From contig JBITAJ010000028.1 in the NCBI GenBank assembly GCA_044440125.1, positions 192,001 through 256,000 of the forward strand: 64,000 nt of DNA, given 5' to 3'. A program made the position numbers and the translations under genes. Of the stretch, positions 42,042 through 51,496 are shown piece after piece. The notes below the pieces were generated by a model. It saw only the letters and a list, made by a program, of their open reading frames with translations, had not been told where the DNA came from and did no database searches. Each line of letters begins with the position of its first letter. Position 1 is the first letter of the stretch. Source of the stretch: Sedimentisphaeraceae bacterium JB056. Its GTDB lineage: Bacteria > Planctomycetota > Phycisphaerae > Sedimentisphaerales > Sedimentisphaeraceae.

Positions 42042-42536
42042 ATGGTTAGTATTGAATATCATATCAAAGATAAGGATTTAAGGGACTTCATTCTCCTAAA
42101 CCTTAAACCTCGCCCTTTCTATGCTGTTGCCGGTTCAATAATCTACCTGACTGCTGCGATTGTACTGCTAAACCAACTAATATCTTCGGGATTCAAAGAA
42201 GTTGAAGAACCTGTTTTATTATTCTTCATAATAGCTCTGCCTGCATATCTTTTAATTATTGCACCCTACTTAGCTATCCGAAACTACAGAAAAAGCATCT
42301 TTAGTCATTCTAAATCCACCGTGACTTTTGACGAAAACGGCTTTCATGAAACTTCTGATTTATCTGACACAAAATTGCCGTGGGAAACATTTGATTATTA
42401 CAAAACAAACGGCAAAACAATGATTCTCCACATGCGAGGCTCAACAAGCATATTCTTCCCAAAACACCTTTTCACGGAAGAACAGTGGCAAACATTCAAC
42501 ACTCTCTGCAAAGATAAAATCAAAAAGAAGGCTTAG
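42042..42536 (+). CDS. YcxB-like membrane protein
   Basis: Two TM helices followed by FDENG..S...LPW...FFPKH.F; AGGAG RBS. Confidence 0.7.
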   Translation: MVSIEYHIKDKDLRDFILLNLKPRPFYAVAGSIIYLTAAIVLLNQLISSGFKEVEEPVLLFFIIALPAYLLIIAPYLAIRNYRKSIFSHSKSTVTFDENGFHETSDLSDTKLPWETFDYYKTNGKTMILHMRGSTSIFFPKHLFTEEQWQTFNTLCKDKIKKKA

Positions 42537-42620
42537 AAAAATATCATTGCACAGATAAATAAAATTCCTCCTGTAAGATAATAACACTTAAACTTTTGCG
42601 TCTTTGCGTTAAAAATATAC

Positions 42621-42670
42621 AAAAAAACCGCGGCAGATATTTAAAAATCGTTGCCGCGGTTTTATTTTTT
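42621..42670. terminator. Bidirectional intrinsic terminator
   Basis: AAAACCGCGGCA-loop-TGCCGCGGTTTT. Confidence 0.8.
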
Positions 42671-42698
42671 GTTTGTCTTTGTATTATACCCCAAAGGG

Positions 42699-42884
42699 TC
42701 AGTTAGAGTAATTGTGTTTCAGCACGATATCAATCTCATGGTCATGACACAGGTGAAATAAATTACCATAGAACATTTTCTTCGTTCGCGGTTTGTAACC
42801 CACCATATCAACGCCGTCTCTGATTTCTGTGCTCCAGCCTGATTTTTCCAGTGTTCTTGTTACTTTCTGCTCTAATGCGTCCAT
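42699..42884 (-). CDS. Small hypothetical protein (61 aa)
   Basis: Strong GAGGTG RBS before the ATG and a terminator immediately downstream. Confidence 0.55.
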   Translation of the reverse strand: MDALEQKVTRTLEKSGWSTEIRDGVDMVGYKPRTKKMFYGNLFHLCHDHEIDIVLKHNYSN

Positions 42885-43034
42885 AATTCACCTCACTTTG
42901 GTAAAAAGTTATAAAATATGTATAAAACGTCATAAGGCTCGTTTAAATATACCACGAAATCTTATTTTTGTTCGGGGTACACCAAAACCTGCCCATTAAA
43001 TTCATTCAATTCCTCATCACCCGAAAATGCAAAG

Positions 43035-43184
43035 AAAAAAGCCGTCTCACAGATACGTCAATCTGTGGCAGACGGCTTTTGGTATTTCTTAAATTGTTGA
43101 TTTCTTTTTTCATTGTACTTGGGCAAAAGAAAAACCCGACGGAGCAGAAAGAGGTATTATCTTTCTGCCTCATCGGGTTTTTTC
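43035..43184 (-). terminator. Two tandem terminator-like hairpins in the leader of the 61-aa gene
   Basis: Hairpins at 43035-43080 and 43129-43184, each with a long GC stem and A/T runs on both sides. Confidence 0.7.
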
Positions 43185-43250
43185 ATTGGTTTTTTGATCT
43201 TATTTTTCAAGTCGCTAATTCCTATATACGGATTTAATCGATACAAATGG

Positions 43251-43278
43251 ATTTTAGCAAAAAACTGATTGCCGTCAA
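43251..43278 (-). promoter_or_regulatory. Sigma70 promoter with extended -10
   Basis: Minus strand TTGACG-N16-TAAAAT with TG extension. Confidence 0.55.
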
Positions 43279-43446
43279 GTTAAAAAACTAAAAAATTTAA
43301 CCATCGAAACAATCGCTACAGCAAACCGAACACAAACGATCACAATTTAGTCTAAACAGATTATTAAATCTGATTTTCAGCTTTAAAACGATTTAATCAT
43401 TTATATAGTCGAATATACATTATTTTGCAACCCATTTTATGACTCC

Positions 43447-44040
43447 TTAAGTACTGCATCCTAAGTCTATTATATCTGATAATATGGATAAAACACACTC
43501 ACATTGCGTTTTAACAATATTATAGAGATTATGTTCTTCAAGACCTCCCGTTCTATCTTCACGACAGTCAGTACCTAATATAGTTAAATTCCATTTTGAA
43601 TAATACAAACTTGAACGACAAATACCATAGCATTTCTTCCCATTACCCCTGTCGGTAGGATGCCCCGTTACGTCATTACGAATTTTACGAATTTCATCCA
43701 TTTTTTTCTTAATTTCTTCGTCATCCCCATCTGTTAACTCCATTTCTTTTCTAAGAGTTCTCATTGCGTCTTGCTGAATAAATAACATCTGGAAAAGACC
43801 ATGTACGCATAAATATTTAATTCCAATATCTAATTTTACCCAATCAAGATTGGCATAATCACTAATAGCCACATTAGCATCATCAATTTGATCTAAACAA
43901 GAATGGGGAATTTGAAACCTACGAGAAGAATAATCATAATTATCAACTAACTCTCGCATTTTCTTTCTTTTCTCACATATCGCGTGAGTAATTTCAAGTA
44001 TATCATTTTCTTGACACTTATCCATTTGCATTTTCTCCAA
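43447..44040 (-). CDS. Hypothetical AT-rich protein with HEPN-like RNxxxxH motif
   Basis: Helical protein, IRKIRNDVTGHP; visibly lower GC than neighbours. Confidence 0.55.
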   Translation of the reverse strand: MEKMQMDKCQENDILEITHAICEKRKKMRELVDNYDYSSRRFQIPHSCLDQIDDANVAISDYANLDWVKLDIGIKYLCVHGLFQMLFIQQDAMRTLRKEMELTDGDDEEIKKKMDEIRKIRNDVTGHPTDRGNGKKCYGICRSSLYYSKWNLTILGTDCREDRTGGLEEHNLYNIVKTQCECVLSILSDIIDLGCST

Positions 44041-44176
44041 ATTAAACCAATAATTAAAATCCAGAAGTCCTCTTTTAACAAAACAGATATCAAAAATACC
44101 AGTTCATTGATTTGTAATCAATGAAAAATAATAATTTTATTGCCAATTTTCAAAAAGAACAAAGCGAAAACAACGA

Positions 44177-45142
44177 TCATTTCCGAGCTACCGCAACCGC
44201 CCTTACAGGCGCAGGATGCCCTTCAACTGTAAGATTTCCATCGGCCGAATCAAGAAAATCACCAAGCGATTCAAAAGTCATCCAGTCGGTTTTCCGTTGT
44301 TCCTCAAGTGTAGTCTTGCTCACATCAACAACTCGCGGCTGCCTGAACCCCGCATCAATAAGCCACCTCTCAAGCATTTTTACGCTCGGCAACTGCCACA
44401 CATTTCTCATTTTGGCATACCTGCCCTGCGGCATAAAAACCTCAATTCCCTCTTGTTCTACAATCAGAGTTTCAAGTACAAGCTCGCCGCCGTCTGCGAT
44501 AAATCCGCCAAGCTCCCGAATATGCTCCACAGGGTCACGCCGATGATAAAGCACGCCCATAGAAAAAACCGTATCAAAACAGCCGCAGCCGGCATGCAAC
44601 GCCTCTACACCAAGCGGCAGCACCGACACATTATCGAGCATCAAATATTTATTCAAAGCCTGAAACTGCATTACGTAAAGCAAAAACGGATCAATACCCA
44701 CAACAACATCCGCCCCGCAACCGGCACTTCGCAAACAATGATACCCATTGCCGCAACCTACATCAAGTACGCGTCTGCCCTCAAGCGGCGAAATAGACCC
44801 CACAAGCCTGTCCCATTTTATATCGCTCCGCCATTCAGTATCAATATGTATACCGAAAACATCAAACGGCCCCTTTCGCCACGGATGATAAACCCGCAGA
44901 AGCTCCTCTAACAGTCGCTTATCAGCCTGCGAACAGTCGTCGGCACCGCCAATTCTCACCTGCGATGAATTCAAATCAATAGAAGAAGGCTTTATCTCAG
45001 GAAGCCGATCCAAAACACTCTGCCACTGCTGAAAATGTCCATGCTGCATCTGCTCAATGGCCTTTGTGGTCTGCGATGCAAGATATTCGCCGCAACTGCC
45101 AAGAGAGCCTGTCATCTTTTCAAAAAAATCACTGTAGTACAT
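44177..45142 (-). CDS. cmoB: tRNA U34 carboxymethyltransferase
   Basis: PWRKGPF, IDTEWRSDIKW, LDVGCGNGYH, SMGVLYHRRDP, RYAKMRNVW. Confidence 0.95.
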   Translation of the reverse strand: MYYSDFFEKMTGSLGSCGEYLASQTTKAIEQMQHGHFQQWQSVLDRLPEIKPSSIDLNSSQVRIGGADDCSQADKRLLEELLRVYHPWRKGPFDVFGIHIDTEWRSDIKWDRLVGSISPLEGRRVLDVGCGNGYHCLRSAGCGADVVVGIDPFLLYVMQFQALNKYLMLDNVSVLPLGVEALHAGCGCFDTVFSMGVLYHRRDPVEHIRELGGFIADGGELVLETLIVEQEGIEVFMPQGRYAKMRNVWQLPSVKMLERWLIDAGFRQPRVVDVSKTTLEEQRKTDWMTFESLGDFLDSADGNLTVEGHPAPVRAVAVARK

Positions 45143-45875
45143 CTTTGCCCTTGAAAGCCGCTAATGACATAAAATTGAAACACTGGAACCAAAGCGTAAT
45201 ATTTTCAAAACCGCACATCTCAAGCCGCTCACGATGCTTATTCAGTGTATCGGGAATAAGCACATTTTCTATGGATTTGCGTTTCTGGCTTATCTCAGTA
45301 GCACTGTAACCGTTAAGACGTTTGAAATTATGATGCATATCTATCTGAAACTTCTGCTCAGCCTCATCATTGAAAGCAATCTTCTCTGAAAGCAGCAGAC
45401 ACCCGCCGGGAAGCATACCGTCAAATATCTTTTGTATCATCGCATCACGAGCTGTCGGAGGCAGAAACTGCAGTGTATAGTTTAATACAACAAGCGAGGC
45501 CCTCTCTATCTCTATATCCTGAATATCGCCAAGAGTAACCTCAACGGGTACATCCCGCAAATCCTGAGCTACAATCTCCTTGCACCTCTCTATCATAGCC
45601 GGCGAATTATCAACCGCAACAATCTTGCAATCAGGCTTGGTCATACCCTTCCGCATAGCAAGTGTACTGGTCCCAAGCGAGCATCCCAGATCATAGCAAT
45701 TACTGCCTGCCTGAGCATACTGCTCGGCGAAAACCATAGTCATGGCGATAGCCGCCCCATAACCGGGCACAGAACGCCTTATCATATCATCAAAAACGGC
45801 AACAACCTTCTCATCAAAGACAAAGCTCGCCACACGTTCCTGATACAGCGAATATATATTATCTACCTTATTCAT
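45129..45875 (-). CDS. cmoA: Carboxy-S-adenosyl-L-methionine synthase
   Basis: FVFDEKVVAVFDDMIRRSVPGY, YDLGCSLG, NYTLQF, WFQCFNF. Confidence 0.95.
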   Translation of the reverse strand: MNKVDNIYSLYQERVASFVFDEKVVAVFDDMIRRSVPGYGAAIAMTMVFAEQYAQAGSNCYDLGCSLGTSTLAMRKGMTKPDCKIVAVDNSPAMIERCKEIVAQDLRDVPVEVTLGDIQDIEIERASLVVLNYTLQFLPPTARDAMIQKIFDGMLPGGCLLLSEKIAFNDEAEQKFQIDMHHNFKRLNGYSATEISQKRKSIENVLIPDTLNKHRERLEMCGFENITLWFQCFNFMSLAAFKGKDVLQ

Positions 45876-46041
45876 GAAATCCCTTAACATCATTAAAGTC
45901 TAATAAACGGTAATTCTATCATATTTAAAGCAACAGTCAAAAGAAGAAGGATATAAAGTATTAAAGGTGTGAAAAGTAAGAAGCACGCAAACGTATGTTT
46001 AAATACCTAAAATCAAACTTAGAGCAAAAAAGAAAGCTTTA

Positions 46042-46290
46042 GTGAGCATTCACAAAGTTGCTGTTTTATGCCTCGAAGAGGCTGCATAATATAGCCGGGG
46101 GCATCGCCCCTGGATAATGGACAAATCGAGAAACTCCCCCTCCCTCCTGTTTTCAGCCCAAGGCTGAAAACAGGAGGGAGGGTATGCGCTGCCATTTATT
46201 CCCACGGCGTTGCCGCGGGCTATGATTTTAAGCCCTTCGGGCAATTAATACATGAAAACGTAATTTTTTTAACTCACCGTGAATGGTTAC
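46042..46290. mobile_element. MITE/REP-like palindromic element with nested hairpins
   Basis: Imperfect 12-bp termini GTGAGCATTCAC / GTGAATGGTTAC; internal GCCTCGAAGAGGC..TAGCCGGGGGCATCGCCCC and CCCACGGCGTTGCCGCGGGCTA..GCCCTTCGGGC arms; central perfect 21-bp stem at 46138-46182. Confidence 0.55.
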
Positions 46291-46557
46291 AAGTTTCACG
46301 AAATTTTAACGCAAAGACGCTATTTTGTTATTTTAATATGATATGATGGTAAGTCAGCTTTGTCTCAAATGTCTTATTTGTCCTATTAAACTTCAATTAT
46401 CAGAGATTATTATAGCATAAGGCGTTAATCTGACTGTCATTTTGTCATATCGGCAGGGTTTATTATGGTTACTACTCCAAGAATTCGAGCAGAAGCACAA
46501 TCTTAAAACCAGTAAACACAAACCTTTACCGCTAACAACCCTTCCTGCCAAGTTTAA

Positions 46558-46575
46558 TTGGCACGCAAATTGCTT
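46558..46575 (+). promoter_or_regulatory. Sigma54 (-24/-12) promoter of groESL
   Basis: TTGGCACG-CAAA-TTGCTT matches TGGCACG-N4-TTGC. Confidence 0.75.
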
Positions 46576-46641
46576 ATTAGGCATGTATCGTAAAAAAATA
46601 ATAGTGTTATTAATATGTAAGTATAAAAACAGGAGTATAAA

Positions 46642-46932
46642 ATGAAACTTAAGCCATTGGCAGACAAAGTGTTGCTTAAAAGAGTAGAGGCTTCTTCAGT
46701 AACAGCAGGCGGAATCGTCCTTCCAGACTCAGCTAAGGAGCGTTCTTCAAGAGGTGAAGTTATCAACGTTGGTCCAGGCAAGCTCAAAGACGACGGCACA
46801 AGAAGTGAAATGAACGTCAAAAAAGGCGACATCGTCCTTTTTGAGAGCTATGCACCAAGAGAAGTCAAGCTTGATGGCGAAGAATACATCATCGTTGATG
46901 AATCAAGCATCATTGCCGTAATCGAAAAATAA
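46642..46932 (+). CDS. groES: Co-chaperonin GroES
   Basis: LKPLADKVL, TAGGIVLPDSAKE, VGPG. Confidence 0.97.
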   Translation: MKLKPLADKVLLKRVEASSVTAGGIVLPDSAKERSSRGEVINVGPGKLKDDGTRSEMNVKKGDIVLFESYAPREVKLDGEEYIIVDESSIIAVIEK

Positions 46933-46988
46933 GCAATCAGCTATAAGCTGTTAGCTACTGATTACTGACGGCTGATTACTGATTACTA
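46931..46988. repeat. Heptamer tracts between groES and groEL
   Basis: agcaatc-agctata-agctgtt-agc then ctgatta-ctgacgg-ctgatta-ctgatta. Confidence 0.65.
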
Positions 46989-47011
46989 AAATATATTAGG
47001 AGTAATAGAAA

Positions 47012-48634
47012 ATGGCAGCAAAAAAAATTGCTTTTGAAAATGAAGCACGTACGGCTATTTTAGCCGGCGTCAAGAAACTCGCATCAGCGGTCAAGATCAC
47101 TCTCGGCCCATGTGGAAGAAACGTAATACTTGAAAAATCATTCGGTTCACCAACCGTAACCAAGGACGGCGTATCTGTGGCAAAAGAAATCGAGCTGGAA
47201 GACAGCTACGAGAACATGGGTGCCCAGATGGTCAAGGAAGTTGCTTCAAAGACAAGTAACGTAGCCGGTGACGGTACTACAACAGCTACTATAATGGCTG
47301 AAGCGATCTTCTCAGAAGGTCTCAAAAACATCACCGCCGGTGCTAACGCTATGAGCGTTAAACGCGGCATCGACAAGGCTGTGGAAGCAGTTGTAGCAAA
47401 GCTCGCTGAAATGAGCACACCGGTTGATTCAAGCAAGCAAATTGAGCAGGTTGCAAAATGTTCTGCAAACCACGATCTTGAAATCGGCAAGACAATGGCA
47501 GCCGCTATGGATAAGGTTGGTAAAGACGGCGTTATCACTGTTGAAGAAGGCCAGTCACTCGAAACAACTGTTGACCTCGTAGAAGGTATGCAGTTCGACA
47601 AGGGTTACCTTAGCCCGCACTTCATCAACAACACAGAGAACATGACTGTCTCTTTCGACAAGCCTTATATCCTCATACACGAAAAGAAAATCAGCAGCGT
47701 TAAGAGCCTTGTACCTATTCTTGAGAAGGTAGCAAAGCAGGGAAGCCCGCTTCTGATTATCGCAGAAGACGTTGAAGGCGAAGCACTCACTACTCTCGTA
47801 GTTAACAAGCTCCGCGGCACACTCAACATCGCAGCCGTAAAAGCTCCTGGATTCGGTGATCGTCGTAAAGCAATGCTTGGCGATATCGCTACTCTTACAG
47901 GCGGTCAGGCTATCATGGAAGACCTCGGCATTCAGCTTGAGAATCTCGAACTGCCTCAGCTTGGACGTGCAAAACGCGTTACCATCGATAAAGACAACAC
48001 AACCATCGTTGAAGGCGCCGGAAGCAGCGACGACATCATGGCACGTATCAACCAGATCAAGGCTGAATACAACGCTTCAACAAGTGACTATGACAAAGAG
48101 AAACTTCAGGAACGTCTGGCTAAGCTCGCCGGCGGTGTAGCACAGGTTAATGTTGGTGCTGCTACTGAGGCGGAAGTGAAAGAGAAGAAGGCGCGTGTTG
48201 AAGATGCCCTTCACGCTTGTCGTGCTGCAGTAGAGGAAGGAATCCTTCCTGGTGGCGGCGTATCATGTCTGCGTGCGATTCAGGTAATCGATGGCCTCAA
48301 GCTCAAGGGCGACGAAGCTGTTGGTGCTGATATTGTCAAGAGAGCGGTATTTGCTCCTATCAAGCAGATTGCTGCAAACGCAGGTCTTGACGGCTCTATC
48401 ATCGCTCAGAAGGTTATTGAGAGCAGCGACGCTAACTACGGTTTCAACGCACTCACAAAAGAGTATGGCGACATGATCAAGATGGGTATCATCGTACCTA
48501 CAAAGGTTGAAAGAAGCGCACTTCAGAATGCTGCTTCTATCGCTTCACTGCTTCTTACAACAGACGCGGTTGTCAGCGAGATACCTGAGAAGAAACCAGC
48601 TATGCCGGCAATGCCTGGCGGCGGAATGATGTAA
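47012..48634 (+). CDS. groEL: Chaperonin GroEL
   Basis: [37 protein letters not shown] tail. Confidence 0.99.
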   Translation: MAAKKIAFENEARTAILAGVKKLASAVKITLGPCGRNVILEKSFGSPTVTKDGVSVAKEIELEDSYENMGAQMVKEVASKTSNVAGDGTTTATIMAEAIFSEGLKNITAGANAMSVKRGIDKAVEAVVAKLAEMSTPVDSSKQIEQVAKCSANHDLEIGKTMAAAMDKVGKDGVITVEEGQSLETTVDLVEGMQFDKGYLSPHFINNTENMTVSFDKPYILIHEKKISSVKSLVPILEKVAKQGSPLLIIAEDVEGEALTTLVVNKLRGTLNIAAVKAPGFGDRRKAMLGDIATLTGGQAIMEDLGIQLENLELPQLGRAKRVTIDKDNTTIVEGAGSSDDIMARINQIKAEYNASTSDYDKEKLQERLAKLAGGVAQVNVGAATEAEVKEKKARVEDALHACRAAVEEGILPGGGVSCLRAIQVIDGLKLKGDEAVGADIVKRAVFAPIKQIAANAGLDGSIIAQKVIESSDANYGFNALTKEYGDMIKMGIIVPTKVERSALQNAASIASLLLTTDAVVSEIPEKKPAMPAMPGGGMM

Positions 48635-48655
48635 TATCATAACCGGTAAAAAATC

Positions 48656-48692
48656 AAAGGCGACGTATCAATATTGACACGTCGCCTTTTTT
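48656..48692 (+). terminator. Intrinsic terminator after groEL
   Basis: AAAGGCGACGT...ACGTCGCCTTTTTT. Confidence 0.85.
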
Positions 48693-48734
48693 ATTGTCCC
48701 GTATAGTAACACAAAACCTATAAAATTATAAATC

Positions 48735-49907
48735 CTACATAATCGCCGCTATCAAACCGTCAACCTTCGTCTTCATATTCCTAATCCTCTCCTCAGTTAC
48801 AGGTACATCAGGATAAAGCCTCTTAAGATTTAGAAGATAATCAGCATTCTTGCTTAAAACCCTGAGACTCTTAAGCATATCCCTTCTGTAAAGCCTCTTG
48901 CGAGCTGATCTTGATTCGATTTCAACAATCTCCTTATTGATTTTTGCCTCTATCTTCTTGAACTTATTCACAACTTTTTCAAGTTCTTCCCTCGCTTGAT
49001 CAATAAGAACAGGCTCAAATATCTCAGGAGATAACGATGTTATTTCAGCAACGACATAATCTCTCGACTCACATTCTCCATCGCTCATTCCACAGTCAAT
49101 CGCATCTTTGGAAGTAAGCGTAAGAAGTGTACCTTTCGGACAAAACCTCCTCAACACCTCATCACTCTTAAGCTTGAGATTCGATTCTATATAAAGCTTC
49201 TTGCCGTTTCTTCTTATTTCCAGTATCTCGATATCTCTTTCAGCCATCGCCTTTGCCAGGCAGCTTGGCCGCCCTGATTGCTCGGCAACACTCGCCATAT
49301 AATTACGCCAGGCAGAACCGAATTTCTCGCCAACTTCCTCACCGAAAGCCTTCTTCATATCAGTAACACCCTCTTCGGATGTAAGTATCGCAGTAGCGGC
49401 CCCTATACAGCAGCCAGGAGCCATGTATATATCATTACACGCCATGGAAATAACCGAACCGGCTGAATAAGCTCCACCGTTTTCACCGCCGCATATGTAA
49501 GCAATGGTTTTACAGTTACTGGTCTTTATCAATGCCGCACACATCTTCTTGCAAAGATCCACACGTCCTCCGGGAGTATCTATCTCGATAAGTATAGCAA
49601 GCGGTCCTTTATTGGATTCTTCGATGAGTGATTTTTCGAAGGCATTGGTTTCAATTTCATACTCAATCGCCTTATCAACCTTGAGAACCGAAATCGATTC
49701 CTTACGCCCTTTCTCATTACGTTCTATATGATAATCAGCAAGATTGGCCTCAAATTTACCCTTCTGTTCACTTACAATACAAGTGCCATGACCTTCCGTC
49801 GCCTGAGTAACAAACCCAGTATAAACATCCCCTGTTTTCTTATTTGTTATAGTATCCGCATAAGTAAAGCAAGCAAACAAAATAACAACAAGCACCATAT
49901 TTTTCAT
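48735..49907 (-). CDS. Secreted protein with NfeD N-terminal (ClpP/crotonase-like) protease domain and helical C-terminus
   Basis: IEIDTPGGRVD, AYSAGSVISMACNDIYMAPG..IGAA, LLTLTSKDA. Confidence 0.75.
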   Translation of the reverse strand: MKNMVLVVILFACFTYADTITNKKTGDVYTGFVTQATEGHGTCIVSEQKGKFEANLADYHIERNEKGRKESISVLKVDKAIEYEIETNAFEKSLIEESNKGPLAILIEIDTPGGRVDLCKKMCAALIKTSNCKTIAYICGGENGGAYSAGSVISMACNDIYMAPGCCIGAATAILTSEEGVTDMKKAFGEEVGEKFGSAWRNYMASVAEQSGRPSCLAKAMAERDIEILEIRRNGKKLYIESNLKLKSDEVLRRFCPKGTLLTLTSKDAIDCGMSDGECESRDYVVAEITSLSPEIFEPVLIDQAREELEKVVNKFKKIEAKINKEIVEIESRSARKRLYRRDMLKSLRVLSKNADYLLNLKRLYPDVPVTEERIRNMKTKVDGLIAAIM

Positions 49908-50078
49908 ATCATTCCTCTTTCCTGCCGATCGGACAACATACTCTAATACCCAAACATTATATGTCCTGCATTTTACTTTGTAAACAATAAAAACACATGA
50001 TATTAAATTTAAGCTTATAACTCACAAAGGAAAGCGAAATACCCAAACGTTGATGCCGGCAGCCAAAAGCTGCAAACC

Positions 50079-50966
50079 TTAAGTTGTCTGGAATTGTTTT
50101 CTGTATTTGCCGGGAGCAGTACCGGCTATCTTTTTGAAAAGTCTTGAAAAATAGAAAACATCACTGAAACCAAGCTCAGCGGATATCTGATCGAGAGTTT
50201 TATGACTGCTCAAAAGTTCAATCTGAGCTTTTTCAATCTTTCGATTGTTTATATATCTTATCGGCGTAACGCCCATGAGCTTTGTAAAAAGAGCAGAAAA
50301 GTAAACGGGATTCAGATCGACTATTTCCGCAAGTTCTTCAAGCTTGAGTGGCTGATTTATATTTTCATGTATATACTCAATCACGCAATGCAGCCTGCTT
50401 ATGCCGTTCGCTGAATCCTCTACCTCAGGCTCCTGATCAGACTCTATAAATGCGGCAAGAAGCAGCCGCATCATCGCATTGATCTCTATAAGATCGGCAG
50501 CACTTTTACTGCGGTTCATATTCCGGCAACGATCTATTATCGAACGATATATGGGTTTGTTCGCATCGCGTTCAAGAAGTTCAAGTCCCGGATTCAAGAC
50601 AAGCAATCGGCGGAATATCACATCAGGATCAACATGAAATTTACTGGCACTGATCTTATACTGACACCTTACAAAATTAAAAAGACCAAGTCCATTCTCA
50701 AACATCGCATTGAAGTGTATATAGTAATGCACAAAATATTCAGGACAGTAAAGATCAACAGTCGTAAACTCAGGAATCAGATAGAGCATACCTGGTTGAA
50801 GAACATAACGTTGGTTGTGATGCGTAGCATAGCCTCTGCCTTCAAGAATATAATACAATCGTGAATAAGGACTATTGACTTTGGTATGTTGCCACTCCGA
50901 ACCTACTCTGTATTTTTCTATATTCAGAACATCAATTTTTAACTTGTCGAAATTATTCTTCAGCAT
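50079..50966 (-). CDS. AraC family transcriptional regulator
   Basis: SPYSRLYYI cupin region; LGFSDVFYFSRLFKKIAGTAPGKYR. Confidence 0.92.
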   Translation of the reverse strand: MLKNNFDKLKIDVLNIEKYRVGSEWQHTKVNSPYSRLYYILEGRGYATHHNQRYVLQPGMLYLIPEFTTVDLYCPEYFVHYYIHFNAMFENGLGLFNFVRCQYKISASKFHVDPDVIFRRLLVLNPGLELLERDANKPIYRSIIDRCRNMNRSKSAADLIEINAMMRLLLAAFIESDQEPEVEDSANGISRLHCVIEYIHENINQPLKLEELAEIVDLNPVYFSALFTKLMGVTPIRYINNRKIEKAQIELLSSHKTLDQISAELGFSDVFYFSRLFKKIAGTAPGKYRKQFQTT

Positions 50967-51496
50967 CAACGATTCACTCTTGAACTGTATTCAAAATCCA
51001 ATTATTCGAAACATCTTTTAATATTAAAACAAGCAGCAACACAAAAAAATTATAACACAATAAAGATATAATCAAACACCTATTTACTCTAAAAAAACAA
51101 TTTTGACTTCTTGAGAAATCACGACAATTATTTCCTTCAACAAAGACAAAAAGCTTTAAAGTGGTAAAAAAAATTAAAAAACTTCTTTTTTTTGCATTTT
51201 ATCCCCTTCTTTTAATCATTATCGAAAAGTTATTGTTGAAAATTATCTAAAAAAAAATTAAGATGGGGTTATTAATGTTAAGTTTTATTTTTTGATATTA
51301 ATTGTTTTTGGTTCTATAACGATTTGATTCTTGAGGTTTTAGAATCTCATCAGATGTTTTGAATCGGTTTGTTGTTGCGTTTGACCTACCCCTTCGATAA
51401 ACAGAACATAAACGTAAAAGCCGTTTCCGGTTTTAGGATTAATGCGCAGATACGGTATGTCTGCCATACAATAACCCAAGTTAATGGAGAATTGAA

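Noticed and set aside
42968..43237. 89-aa plus-strand ORF
   Set aside because: Runs through two terminator hairpins, with a TTG start and no RBS; probably spurious.
46050..46244. 64-aa ORF inside palindromic element
   Set aside because: By-product of the GC-rich repeat; no coding features.
51300..51490. Riboswitch upstream of the histone-like gene
   Set aside because: Only small hairpins (e.g. GCAGATAC..GTCTGC); no recognisable aptamer consensus.
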